From the IMG/VR virus record IMGVR_UViG_3300029417_000071: a DNA stretch of 22,529 bases; one strand, written 5' to 3'. Each line of letters starts with the position of its first letter. Positions within the stretch are counted from its first letter, which is position 1. Positions 9,267 through 18,584 of the stretch are shown here, in pieces. The notes below the pieces were generated by a model that saw nothing but the letters and a program-made list of their open reading frames with translations, was not told where the DNA came from and ran no database searches. The DNA is from a virus (Duplodnaviria; Heunggongvirae; Uroviricota; Caudoviricetes). Position numbers and translations under genes: made by a program.

Positions 9267-9478
9267 CAGAACCTCGCCAGCCGGTACCCGGGATGCCCCC
9301 GTCGTCGTGTAATCAGAGCCGCAAGGCGGCGCTCCCACTCCTGCCGTCCCTGCCGGATCTCAGATAAGTTTTCCATGGTCATCTGCTGACCATTAAAGGT
9401 GACGGATTTTCCGTCCAGCACCGCCATTTCAGCTTCCGTATAACGCTGAATCATGGCTTCGATATCATTCTGGTTCAT
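9266..9478 (-). CDS. head-tail joining protein W (lambda gpW-like)
   Basis: Track ORF 9266..9484; about 70 aa; C-terminus RRRGHPGYRLARF resembles lambda W RRRGPAGFYV; SD GGAGG; start overlaps the terminase stop (ATGA). Confidence 0.75.
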   Translation of the reverse strand: MNQNDIEAMIQRYTEAEMAVLDGKSVTFNGQQMTMENLSEIRQGRQEWERRLAALITRRRGHPGYRLARF

Positions 9479-11577
9479 AACCATCCTCCGGAAGTCAGCC
9501 AGGGGTTAACATCGTCAGTTACTGTTTTCTTCCGTTTTTGTTTTTTAACAGGCGTGGATACCGGTTCCGGTGTGGGTGACGGTTCGGTACTGTCCGGGAC
9601 ACACTCCAGCCAGGTTTCCCGGCTCGCCCACTCCGGTGCATCCGGCCAGCGGATCTTTTCGTATCCATGCAGAATGACCAGAGCCTCGGCATACACCATC
9701 AGGTCAAAAGCTTCGTTGGCACCGCGACCCGGCTTACTCCATTTCCCGTCACTGCTCCGCTCTTCATACGTCAGTTCGTCGTAAAACCAGCTCCCCAGCC
9801 AGTCAGGGAAATGCACATAGCCGGGACCTGGCGAGTCACGCCATAACGCGTTATTCACCCGGTCTTTCAGGGCATCCGTCTGAAGAAGCCAGAGCGGCAC
9901 ATCACCTGCGGCCTGCGCCCGGCGGCCCGTTCGTCCGGTGTTATCAGGGAATGTACGGCTGATCAGTTTTGCGCGCCGGATGCTGTCACCCTTAAACAGG
10001 TAAATACGTTTACCAAGGCCATCACGACGGCAACGACGCCAGAATTTATAGGCATTATCAGTGACCCCGTCTTCACCGCCGGAGTCCACCGCCATTGCCA
10101 TCAGTCGCATTTGTTGAGAAGGATCGGAGGCCAGCGGCCAGCTTTTATGAAAAACATCCGTCAGCAGGACATCCCAGTCTTCCGGATAGCTGGCCGGATC
10201 AATTCGCTGGCTCTCCCCGTCGCTGTCACCGCGCAATGACTGCGTGATGTTGTAACGATCAATAATCCAGCGTTCGCCACGGCTGCCATAGCCCGTTACC
10301 TGAACCACAAAACGGCGATGACGTCCCGCCTGCACATCCACTGTCGCCACAAGGAAATTAACGCCATCCGGCACACTGCGGGAAGGAACTGGCTCTGCCC
10401 GCTGCTCAAGCAATTCACTTTTTCGTTGCTCCATGCTGGCGCGGGGAAGATAAGGTAATCCCCAGTCGGTATTGATAACCGTCTTGAGTGTCTCTTCACT
10501 TCCGGTTGTCTCGTATTCCTGTTCTGCAGTAAGCAGTTTGTAAACGAGTTGCGAGAGTGTCTGATAAGCAGCTGCCGGACCCTCCATCCAGAATGACGCA
10601 ATACGTGAACGCCGGGGATCACCATAACGACTGCCATCTGCATTGATGGATTCACCATCCCGTAACCAGACCCCACGTCCGTTCAGCTCGCGTTTTTGTT
10701 CAGGCAAAATCCGTCCTGAACAGGAAGGACACTGAATATAAGCCGCCTCACTTGCCAGCACAGGATCGGCAATATCACGGAAACCAGCAACCACATCGCC
10801 GCAGGGCTGAAAATACTCACCACAGTGTGGACAGGGCCAGTACCAGCGACGGCGATCGCCACGGTTATAGAGCGACAGGATCCCCGTGGTTGGTGGAGCC
10901 TCATGCGGTGAAGTCCGTCGCCATTTCACATCCTTCACATCCCTGCCGGGGGAACTCTCCACCAGCGTCATACCACTGGACATAAATGTGGTGGTACGTT
11001 TTGAGGCAAGAGAGAAGGCATCCCCCTCACCATCAATATCTTCCGGAAAACGGTCATAATCCGTCAGCGCCACGCATTTATAATCTGATGAAGACATGAT
11101 ATTGACTGACGGCCAGCCGATTTTCAGGTAGTTGCCAGCAAGGAATGTTCTGTCATAAACGTTGTTGTCATTTTTGTTCGGACTCAGGCGACTGACCACT
11201 TCCGGGCTGACGCGAAACGTTCTGGCGAGTCGTTTTTTGGAGTGTTCGCGGGCTTTTTCCTCCGTCATCTGAATGATCAGCATATCAGCAGGATCGCAAA
11301 TCACGTTGTAAATCACCCAGCCGTCAATCAGGCCGATAGTCTTGCCGGTTCGTGCCGGGCCAACAAATATCACTGCGTCGTATTCACGCGAGGCCAGGCA
11401 GTTCATAGGCTCAATAACATACGGTGCCACCAGCGGATCCCACGGGACTGAGTTCCCTGCCCCCATAGGCACCCGCATATACTGAGCAACGGCATCAGCA
11501 ACCCGCATTCGTCTCGGTGCGCGAAGGATATAACCTGAATCGGTTCGTGCTGCCTTTGCGGTTTCCTGATTCAGCAT
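9475..11577 (-). CDS. terminase large subunit (lambda gpA family)
   Basis: 700 aa; zinc-finger-like CPHCGEYFQPC parallels lambda A CPHCGEEQY; Walker-type FVGPARTGKT; start overlaps the small-subunit stop. Confidence 0.9.
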   Translation of the reverse strand: MLNQETAKAARTDSGYILRAPRRMRVADAVAQYMRVPMGAGNSVPWDPLVAPYVIEPMNCLASREYDAVIFVGPARTGKTIGLIDGWVIYNVICDPADMLIIQMTEEKAREHSKKRLARTFRVSPEVVSRLSPNKNDNNVYDRTFLAGNYLKIGWPSVNIMSSSDYKCVALTDYDRFPEDIDGEGDAFSLASKRTTTFMSSGMTLVESSPGRDVKDVKWRRTSPHEAPPTTGILSLYNRGDRRRWYWPCPHCGEYFQPCGDVVAGFRDIADPVLASEAAYIQCPSCSGRILPEQKRELNGRGVWLRDGESINADGSRYGDPRRSRIASFWMEGPAAAYQTLSQLVYKLLTAEQEYETTGSEETLKTVINTDWGLPYLPRASMEQRKSELLEQRAEPVPSRSVPDGVNFLVATVDVQAGRHRRFVVQVTGYGSRGERWIIDRYNITQSLRGDSDGESQRIDPASYPEDWDVLLTDVFHKSWPLASDPSQQMRLMAMAVDSGGEDGVTDNAYKFWRRCRRDGLGKRIYLFKGDSIRRAKLISRTFPDNTGRTGRRAQAAGDVPLWLLQTDALKDRVNNALWRDSPGPGYVHFPDWLGSWFYDELTYEERSSDGKWSKPGRGANEAFDLMVYAEALVILHGYEKIRWPDAPEWASRETWLECVPDSTEPSPTPEPVSTPVKKQKRKKTVTDDVNPWLTSGGWL

Positions 11578-12071
11578 TACTCCTCCTGCTGTAATTCCTC
11601 CTCATCATCCGCACCTGCTTCAGTCACCCGCAGGGCTATCTGATCGCGCAGATCATCAATAATGGACTGAACACGGCTCACAGCGGCAGGCTGCAGACCG
11701 CAGTCACGTTCAAGAATATCCGGTAATGTCTCCAGCACCTGCACGACCGCTTTTGCCCAGATGGCAAACTCCCGTCTGACATCACTGGCCGGAATGAGTT
11801 GTGCCGTTTCCTGTTCGAACTTAAGACGCTCACGTTCAGACTGATACCAGGCTTTGCGCTCATGCGCGTCCATTTCGCCTTCTGCAACCGGCGGTGGTAA
11901 TGCCAGAAATGCCGACACAATATCAACCACCCGATAAAGCTTGAGGTTGCTTTCATGCCCCCCTGCAACGGGTAGATTTTGCAGCCTTGCCGCAGCAGTC
12001 TGGCGATGTACACCTGACAATGCCGCCAGTTGACTGATATTCAGCGTCAGATTTTTTAACTCTCGATCCAT
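11577..12071 (-). CDS. terminase small subunit (Nu1/NohA-like)
   Basis: 164 aa immediately upstream of terminase large; N-terminal HTH-like LNISQLAALSGVHRQTAAARL; acidic C-terminus; lies next to the putative cos site. Confidence 0.8.
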   Translation of the reverse strand: MDRELKNLTLNISQLAALSGVHRQTAAARLQNLPVAGGHESNLKLYRVVDIVSAFLALPPPVAEGEMDAHERKAWYQSERERLKFEQETAQLIPASDVRREFAIWAKAVVQVLETLPDILERDCGLQPAAVSRVQSIIDDLRDQIALRVTEAGADDEEELQQEE

Positions 12072-12169
12072 ACCCGCTCCAGAATGTTTTAAACATGCAT
12101 CTTGCGAACAACTTTAGGCAAACGGTGTTAGTGATGAACAAAAAACAATCAGAATCGACACCATAAAAA

Positions 12170-12310
12170 TAAATCCACTGTAATATCAATCAATTACAGT
12201 AGTGGTGATGACGAATAAAATTTCAAAAACTAGCCTTTTTCCGCGACGCTCCCGCCCCGTGGCAGGGGCCCCCACCGGGAGGACCCGACAGCCTGACAGC
12301 CTGACAGCCG
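12170..12310 (-). other. putative cos region (cosQ-cosN-cosB)
   Basis: About 170-190 nt upstream of the Nu1-like ATG the minus strand reads ACGGGGCGGGAGCGTCGCGGAAAAAGG (plus about 12236-12262), resembling the lambda cosN end GGGCGGCGACCTCGCGGG. Flanked by three tandem GACAGCCT repeats (12286-12309) and an 8-bp perfect inverted repeat ACTGTAAT n9 ATTACAGT (about 12177-12203). Confidence 0.45.
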
Positions 12311-12445
12311 TGACGAGCATCTGATACAGCGCTTTACATAATGGCATAGGAATAATTCAGAAGGACATCACAGCATGCCCACACAAATTAGTGTGAGTGT
12401 CCTGTTTCTTCCTACGCACAGGACTGACGAGCATGAGGGGAAAAT

Positions 12446-12613
12446 ATGCGAACCATAAATGCCTCATCTTCAGCAATGCAGCCGGCATCCGAACAGGACG
12501 ATATTGTAAATTCACCTAATTACGAGGACATTGCAGTAGTTGAATTGCAGCTCTGTATTAGCCTGACAGTGACAGAATGCGATATTGACTCTGTCACAGG
12601 TGAAATAGTTTGA
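12446..12613 (+). CDS. candidate small acidic protein (55 aa), hypothetical
   Basis: Hand-translated: MRTINASSSAMQPASEQDDIVNSPNYEDIAVVELQLCISLTVTECDIDSVTGEIV; SD GAGGGG about 5 nt upstream; below the track length threshold. Confidence 0.25.
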   Translation: MRTINASSSAMQPASEQDDIVNSPNYEDIAVVELQLCISLTVTECDIDSVTGEIV

Positions 12614-12633
12614 ATGATTAGCAGTTATGGTGC

Positions 12634-12840
12634 TCAGTCAACCACCAGGGAATAATCCTTCGAATTCTTATCGTGCTTCACCAACGCTGCCTCAATTGCC
12701 CTGAATGCTTCCAGAGACACCTGATGTTCTATACATGCAATTACAACATCCGGGTAACTCATAGAAATGGTGCTATTAAGCATATTTTTTACACGAATCA
12801 GATCCAACGAGAGTTCATCAGCAGATTGTTCTTTATTCAT
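12634..12840 (-). CDS. hypothetical small protein (YnfO-like by position next to the Nu1/NohA gene)
   Basis: Track ORF of 68 aa, [23 protein letters not shown]...; AT-rich moron region between cos and ydfO. Confidence 0.5.
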   Translation of the reverse strand: MNKEQSADELSLDLIRVKNMLNSTISMSYPDVVIACIEHQVSLEAFRAIEAALVKHDKNSKDYSLVVD

Positions 12841-13140
12841 TTTGTCGCTCCATGCGTTTGCTCGTCATCTAGCGGTTAAAATATTACTTCAAATCTTACT
12901 GCATAAAAGAGGAAAAGTATGAAAGTTTGAGTACATCGACCTTACATACATCTGTCGGTTGCATATCCCTCCTGGATGCCAGCAAGGCTCAATTTTGTTA
13001 CGCAATCAACACTATTCATTAAAAACAGGCTTAATATTTGACATAAATCATCAACAAAACACAAAGAGGTCAGACCAGATTAAAACAATAAACACGATAA
13101 TGCAAACTACGCGCCATCGTATCACATGGAAGGTTTACCA

Positions 13141-13551
13141 ATGGCTCAGGCTGCCATTTTTAAAGAAATATTCGATCAAGTGCGTAAAGATTTAAACTGT
13201 GAATTATTTTATTCTGAGCTAAAACGTCACAATATCTCACTTTATATTTACTATTTAGCCACAGATAATATTCACATTGTGTTAGAAAACGACAACATAG
13301 TGTTAGTAAAAGGACTCAAAAAGGTTGTAAATGTTAAATTCTCCAGAAACAAACATCTTATAGAGACCTCCTATAATAAGTTGAAATCAAAAGAAATCAC
13401 ATTTCAACAATACAGGGAAAATCTTGCTAAAGCAGGAGTTTTCCGATGGGTTACAAATATCCAGGAACACCAAAGATATTACTATGCCTTTGATAACTCA
13501 TTACTATTTACTGAAAGCATCCAGAAAACTACACAGATCTTACCACGCTAA
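13141..13551 (+). CDS. ydfO: DUF1398-family protein YdfO-like
   Basis: Track ORF 13126..13551; ATG at 13141 with SD GGAAGG; 136 aa [30 protein letters not shown]...; recalled as Qin prophage ydfO. Confidence 0.65.
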   Translation: MAQAAIFKEIFDQVRKDLNCELFYSELKRHNISLYIYYLATDNIHIVLENDNIVLVKGLKKVVNVKFSRNKHLIETSYNKLKSKEITFQQYRENLAKAGVFRWVTNIQEHQRYYYAFDNSLLFTESIQKTTQILPR

Positions 13552-13644
13552 ACCATAACGTCCGGCTTCTCTCACTCCTGAGCCGGACTGCATTGGTTTA
13601 ATAAAAACCATCAACAATTGTGATTTAGATATTCGGAACCATTC

Positions 13645-13675
13645 AAATATAACAAAACCCCGTAAAAACGAGGTT
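13645..13675 (-). terminator. putative terminator downstream of gnsB
   Basis: Minus strand reads CCTCG TTTTTA CGGGG followed by TTTTGTT, about 30 nt after the gnsB stop. Confidence 0.35.
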
Positions 13676-13702
13676 TATGGATAAATTTTATTATTGAATA
13701 CA

Positions 13703-13876
13703 TCAGATTAAATTAATCTTGACATCATAGCTTTCAAGACCCGTCATTTTTTCCCGTGCGGTAAACTGAATACTGGTAACTTCTTTCCCGGTCTTTTTCT
13801 TAAGTTCAATAATTTTTTTTGTTATATATTCAGAAATATCTGCTTCTGCTTTTGTTTTTAAGTTTTCAATATTCAT
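13703..13876 (-). CDS. gnsB: GnsB (GnsA/GnsB family small protein)
   Basis: Hand-translated 57-58 aa: (M)MNIENLKTKAEADISEYITKKIIELKKKTGKEVTSIQFTAREKMTGLESYDVKINLI, closely resembling the GnsA/GnsB family; below the track threshold; tandem ATG at 13879/13876. Confidence 0.75.
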   Translation of the reverse strand: MNIENLKTKAEADISEYITKKIIELKKKTGKEVTSIQFTAREKMTGLESYDVKINLI

Positions 13877-14047
13877 CATTTCCTCTTTTAGTCTGTTATG
13901 ACTTTCCAGTTACACAGTAAGTCGATTATATGGTGCAAACGTGTAAAAGATAAGATGAAACATCGCAATAATCAACATACGATAGTCTAAATTTTACACA
14001 AACAGACAAAGAGAATTTTCCTGAATTATCAATACAATAGCATCAAA

Positions 14048-14278
14048 TCAACTCAAGAGCCTTATTGCTGCTTCCAGAATTTCTTCTGAAGTAACATGTC
14101 GATCCGCGGCTACATAAATGACTTTATGATCTCCGGTCAGAGATGGAAACCCTGCGGCCATTACAGTAAGGTGTGTTTTTTCGCCATTTGGATATTCACG
14201 CATGATGGTGTTAACTCCAGTCATCGCTGGCACTACCACTGCTGGTTCAGAGTTAAAAAAAACTATGATTTTTTTCAT
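14048..14278 (-). CDS. hypothetical protein (YnfN-like by position between gnsB and cspI)
   Basis: Track ORF 14048..14320 starts at TTG; the first ATG is at 14278 (MKKIIVFFNSEPAVVVPAMTGVNTIMREYPNGEK...). It sits directly downstream of the cspI terminator. Confidence 0.45.
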   Translation of the reverse strand: MKKIIVFFNSEPAVVVPAMTGVNTIMREYPNGEKTHLTVMAAGFPSLTGDHKVIYVAADRHVTSEEILEAAIRLLS

Positions 14279-14321
14279 GATGTTACCGTAGTATGTGAGT
14301 ATCCATCGAATAGATACCAAG

Positions 14322-14350
14322 CAAAAAAGCTCCCGAAGGAGCCTTCATTT
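14322..14350 (-). terminator. intrinsic terminator after cspI
   Basis: Minus strand reads GCTCC TTCG GGAGC followed by TTTTTTGC (plus about 14329-14342 with A-run 14323-14328). Confidence 0.6.
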
Positions 14351-14549
14351 TCACTTTTTTAAATCCAACGACAGACGGCTGGCATTTAAGTATTGTGAAA
14401 TATTATCAAATGTAATCATCATTGATTTACAAAAGATACATTTTGCCCCGAAAGGATTCATGTCAGAAACATCAAAAGATGATGTTCTATACTGGGAACC
14501 ATGACAACACGGGCATCTAAAGTGAATATGGTTTGTAATATTGTCTACC

Positions 14550-14762
14550 TCAAAGCGCCACTACATGAACAGCGGCAGGACCTTTAGGTCCGTTCTCAAT
14601 ACCAAATTCAACTTCCTGATTCTCAGTTAATGTTTTGAAATCGTTGCTCTGAATTGCTGAGAAATGGACAAACACATCTTTGCTGCCATCTTTCGGCGTG
14701 ATGAAACCAAAACCTTTTTCAGGGTTAAACCATTTCACTAAACCAGTCATTTTGTTAGACAT
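14550..14762 (-). CDS. cspI: cold shock protein CspI
   Basis: 70 aa [70 protein letters not shown]; canonical cold-shock domain with RNP motifs; long AT-rich 5' leader (14763-15125). Confidence 0.9.
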   Translation of the reverse strand: MSNKMTGLVKWFNPEKGFGFITPKDGSKDVFVHFSAIQSNDFKTLTENQEVEFGIENGPKGPAAVHVVAL

Positions 14763-15125
14763 AATTATTACCTTTTGAAGAAATTAGCCCTTGGGCAGAA
14801 TGGTCCGAAAAAAAATATCAGAGAGAAAAACCAACAAGGAAATCTCAAGAGGTACAAATAATAAAATTATAACAATGACTGCTTCAGATAAATTTGTAAC
14901 AAACCAGAACACCATTAACGCATGATTAACCACCCATAGCAAGGATTACTTTTGTAAAGAAAAACACAGCAATGAAAGAATAGCTTTATTTATTAATAAT
15001 AACGTGTCATTCTGATTAAGACCTTTTATCTTACCCTTAAGATTTCAGGAATTTTGGCTCATGGAAGAGTCCTTTTTATTTAAATTTTACATTCCGCGAT
15101 GTAAATGTTCCGATTTAATATTACC

Positions 15126-16149
<1,024 letters not shown>

Positions 16150-16153
<4 letters not shown>

Positions 16154-16437
16154 ATATATTTATGATGAGGACGCTCGTGCTTATTGGCAGGATTTTCAAT
16201 CTTAAAGGAGTACTGATGCTGCAGATAAGACTCAACTTTTTCTGACAATTTTTCTGCTACTTCCAGGAAGACTTGCCGGACGCTCCTTCTGGCTGCTGCC
16301 TCATAAAACTCCAGCGCAGCTCCTTCAACACGGTCCATGGCGACATCCAGGTCAAAAATTTCACCGTCAAAGCGTTCTTTGTCCTGTAAGGCTACAGTTA
16401 CCGTAACTTTATTCTCAAAATTACGGACTCCTTTCAC
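16150..16437 (-). CDS. hypothetical protein between holin and endolysin (YdfR-like)
   Basis: Track ORF of 95 aa with a non-ATG first codon; acidic; same position as ydfR in Qin; start uncertain. Confidence 0.5.
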
Positions 16438-16465
16438 AACCAGTTCATAGTCTTGAGTCGTTGGA

Positions 16466-16681
16466 TTACTCTCCTCTCGCAGCCTTACGCCTGTCTTCTT
16501 TAATCTTGAAATAAAGATTTGTCAGATACGTCAGCAGGCCAAAAACCAGGCTACCCAGCACACCGATTGCAGCCCACTGTGACGGAGTTACTTTATCGAG
16601 TAACTGCAATGCCCAGAAACCAGCATTACCCGCCGATGTGCCATAGGCAACACCTGTTGTTAACTTATCCATTGATTTCAT
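16466..16681 (-). CDS. essQ: pinholin (phage 21 S21-like class II holin) with dual-start motif
   Basis: Track ORF 16466..16756; Met26 at 16681 gives 71 aa [71 protein letters not shown], near-identical in pattern to S21; Met1/Met4 dual start; SD GGTGAGG. Confidence 0.85.
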   Translation of the reverse strand: MKSMDKLTTGVAYGTSAGNAGFWALQLLDKVTPSQWAAIGVLGSLVFGLLTYLTNLYFKIKEDRRKAARGE

Positions 16682-16900
16682 ATCCTCACCCCGATGTACA
16701 CGGATGGTGCAATATGTTTGAAAAGATCGGAGTCTACGGGGTAGTTTTGACAGCACACGTTGTTCTCAACGGCGCTAAAAAAACATACACATTAAAAATG
16801 TGGGTAATTATTTTGAAAGAAAGTCATATATAAAATAATAATACGAGAAATGTTTTCATATTTAGTGTACTGTATACGGCCATTTATACAGGAAAAGCCT

Positions 16901-17071
16901 ATGTCAGAACGTAAAAACTCAAAATCACGCCGTAATTATCTCGTTAAATGTTCCTGCCCAAACTGCACCCAAGAGTCAGAACACAGTTTTTCAAGAGTAC
17001 AAAAAGGTGCCCTTTTGATCTGCCCTCATTGCAACAAAGTATTCCAGACAAATCTTAAAGCTGTAGCCTGA
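16901..17071 (+). CDS. ynfU: small zinc-ribbon protein (56 aa), possibly YnfU-like
   Basis: Track ORF 16850..17071; ATG at 16901 with SD AGGAAAAG; MSERKNSKSRRNYLVKCSCPNCTQESEHSFSRVQKGALLICPHCNKVFQTNLKAVA with CxCxxC...CxxC. The symbol is from memory of Qin small proteins and is tentative. Confidence 0.5.
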   Translation: MSERKNSKSRRNYLVKCSCPNCTQESEHSFSRVQKGALLICPHCNKVFQTNLKAVA

Positions 17072-17130
17072 TTGATTTTATTAGTAACAAGTATTTTTTA
17101 TATTTTAATAATATATTTAAAGCAGATAAT

Positions 17131-17156
17131 AAAAAACCCGCCTGAGCGGGTTTGAG
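17131..17156. terminator. bidirectional intrinsic terminator (cspB on minus, zinc-ribbon gene on plus)
   Basis: CCCGC ctga GCGGG flanked by an A-run on plus (T-run on minus, TTTTTTATTAT) and TTTG on plus. Confidence 0.6.
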
Positions 17157-17434
17157 ATTGTGGTGCTTTTTGTGGGAGTCATCCACTTACGCACTTTGTT
17201 TTGCCATGCCAGCAGTTAGCTTCTGCTGTAAAACTATTCATGCAGCAAACCTGCACTTCACCACAATGGTTAGCATACTTTTCCTGATTAAGATTTTGCC
17301 AAATATGCTAGCCATTGTTTCATGTATTGGACCTCCTTACTTTTTATTAAAGAGATCCAATATTCACTACTCTGTCCGTATCTCTACTCAGGCATCAGCC
17401 TTCTTCGTTATCGTATACAGACGAGCGATGAATT

Positions 17435-17650
17435 TTAATCAGTAATGATGACATTTGCTGCTGCAGGACCTTTAGCACCACTCTCTATAGAGAAGGTAAC
17501 CTTTTGACCTTCAAATAAGGTTCGATAATTATCATTCTGAATCGCAGAAAAATGCACAAACACATCTTTACTACCATCAACAGGAGAAATAAAGCCGAAA
17601 CCTTTATCAGCGTTAAACCATTTTACTAAACCAGTCATTTTATTTGACAT
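17435..17650 (-). CDS. cspB: cold shock protein CspB
   Basis: 71 aa [71 protein letters not shown]. Confidence 0.9.
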   Translation of the reverse strand: MSNKMTGLVKWFNADKGFGFISPVDGSKDVFVHFSAIQNDNYRTLFEGQKVTFSIESGAKGPAAANVIITD

Positions 17651-17950
17651 TCTACATTCCTTAACTTGAGCCTTTCGGCATAAATGGTTTGCATAACAGA
17701 AACGACTTCGTACTTAATTGGAGAGACTCAAAGAAGGAATAAGTGAATAACACCTGAAATGAGAACTGCTTTAGTAAACTACTTCGTATATCGTCTGTTC
17801 TTCAAACCGACGCAATCATTAACGCATAGTTGAACATATGAAGCAATGTTTATTTTAGACATCCAGCCATCTTCAACCCCATCAAAAAACTATAGCTTTC
17901 TTCAGGAACGTGTGTATAGTGCGCCAAGTTATCAGTATTAAGGAATTTTT

Positions 17951-18163
17951 TTGTCCCGTAAAATGACAGGAATTGTCAAAACCTTTGACGGCAAAAGCGG
18001 CAAGGGTCTTATCACCCCATCCGATGGTCGTATCGATGTCCAGCTTCATGTTTCAGCGCTCAATCTCCGCGATGCAGAAGAAATTACCACCGGATTACGC
18101 GTGGAATTTTGCCGGATAAATGGTCTGCGTGGCCCTTCAGCTGCCAATGTTTACCTTTCATGA
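17951..18163 (+). CDS. cspF: cold shock protein family member CspF/CspH-like
   Basis: 70 aa [70 protein letters not shown]; a divergent CSD lacking the canonical aromatic RNP residues; divergent from cspB. Confidence 0.85.
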
Positions 18164-18217
18164 GCTATATTAAAGCTTTAATTTCAGGCCCCATCGGATC
18201 ACACATGGAGAGTTTTT

Positions 18218-18307
18218 ATGAATAACCCCGTCTGTCTTGATGACTGGTTGATTGGCTTTAAAAGCTTATGCTGTACTTTGGCCGTAATAGCTCTGCTAAT
18301 AATATAA
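18218..18307 (+). CDS. candidate small hydrophobic peptide (29 aa)
   Basis: Hand-translated [29 protein letters not shown]; SD GGAGAG about 6 nt upstream; between cspF and the Q-proximal terminator; below the track threshold. Confidence 0.25.
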
Positions 18308-18447
18308 TAAGCAGACTCATTGTGTTTAGGGACATTGTACTGGAAGAAAATATTTTAAACATCAGGCAAATAACCAAGTCACCAGCTAAATAATAAGTTA
18401 ACAGACATGAGTCCCGGGATGAGATTCAACATTACCATTGCCCCATT

Positions 18448-18482
18448 TAAAGCACAAAACCCGCTCATCAGCGGGTTTTCTA
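18448..18482. terminator. bidirectional intrinsic terminator (tR'-like for the short late transcript on minus; cspF terminator on plus)
   Basis: CCCGCT catc AGCGGG with TTTTCTACTTTTTC on plus and TTTTGTGCTTT on minus. Confidence 0.6.
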
Positions 18483-18515
18483 CTTTTTCTTAACGTCGGG
18501 TATACAAAGCCCATC

Positions 18516-18553
18516 GTTGAAAAAATTTTATCCATATTTTTTGAAAAATGCAA
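18516..18553 (-). promoter_or_regulatory. putative late promoter PR' (Q-utilization region)
   Basis: On minus: -35 TTGCAT (18553-18548), 17-nt spacer, -10 TAAAAT (18530-18525). It lies about 30 nt downstream of the Q stop and about 65 nt upstream of the terminator, the lambda PR'/qut/tR' layout. Confidence 0.45.
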
Positions 18554-18584
18554 ACATCATGTCGCCATCTTCAGCAAAAATCAT

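Noticed and set aside
9554-11451. ORFs inside or antisense to terminase large (9554..9784, 10296..10676, 10683..10904, 10752..10985, 11242..11451)
   Set aside because: Alternate-frame or antisense shadows of the 700 aa terminase gene.
11678-12189. Minus ORFs 11678..12013 and 11953..12189
   Set aside because: Alternate frame of the terminase small subunit, or spanning the cos region without SD; improbable composition.
12286-12309. Tandem GACAGCCT repeats as a possible CRISPR or VNTR array
   Set aside because: Only about three 8-bp units with no spacers; better explained as terminase or cosQ-associated repeats.
16519-16833. Plus-strand 104 aa ORF
   Set aside because: Antisense to the holin gene and its upstream region.
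17152-17445. Plus-strand 97 aa ORF
   Set aside because: Lies in the cspB downstream region on the opposite strand, starts inside the terminator, and has no SD.
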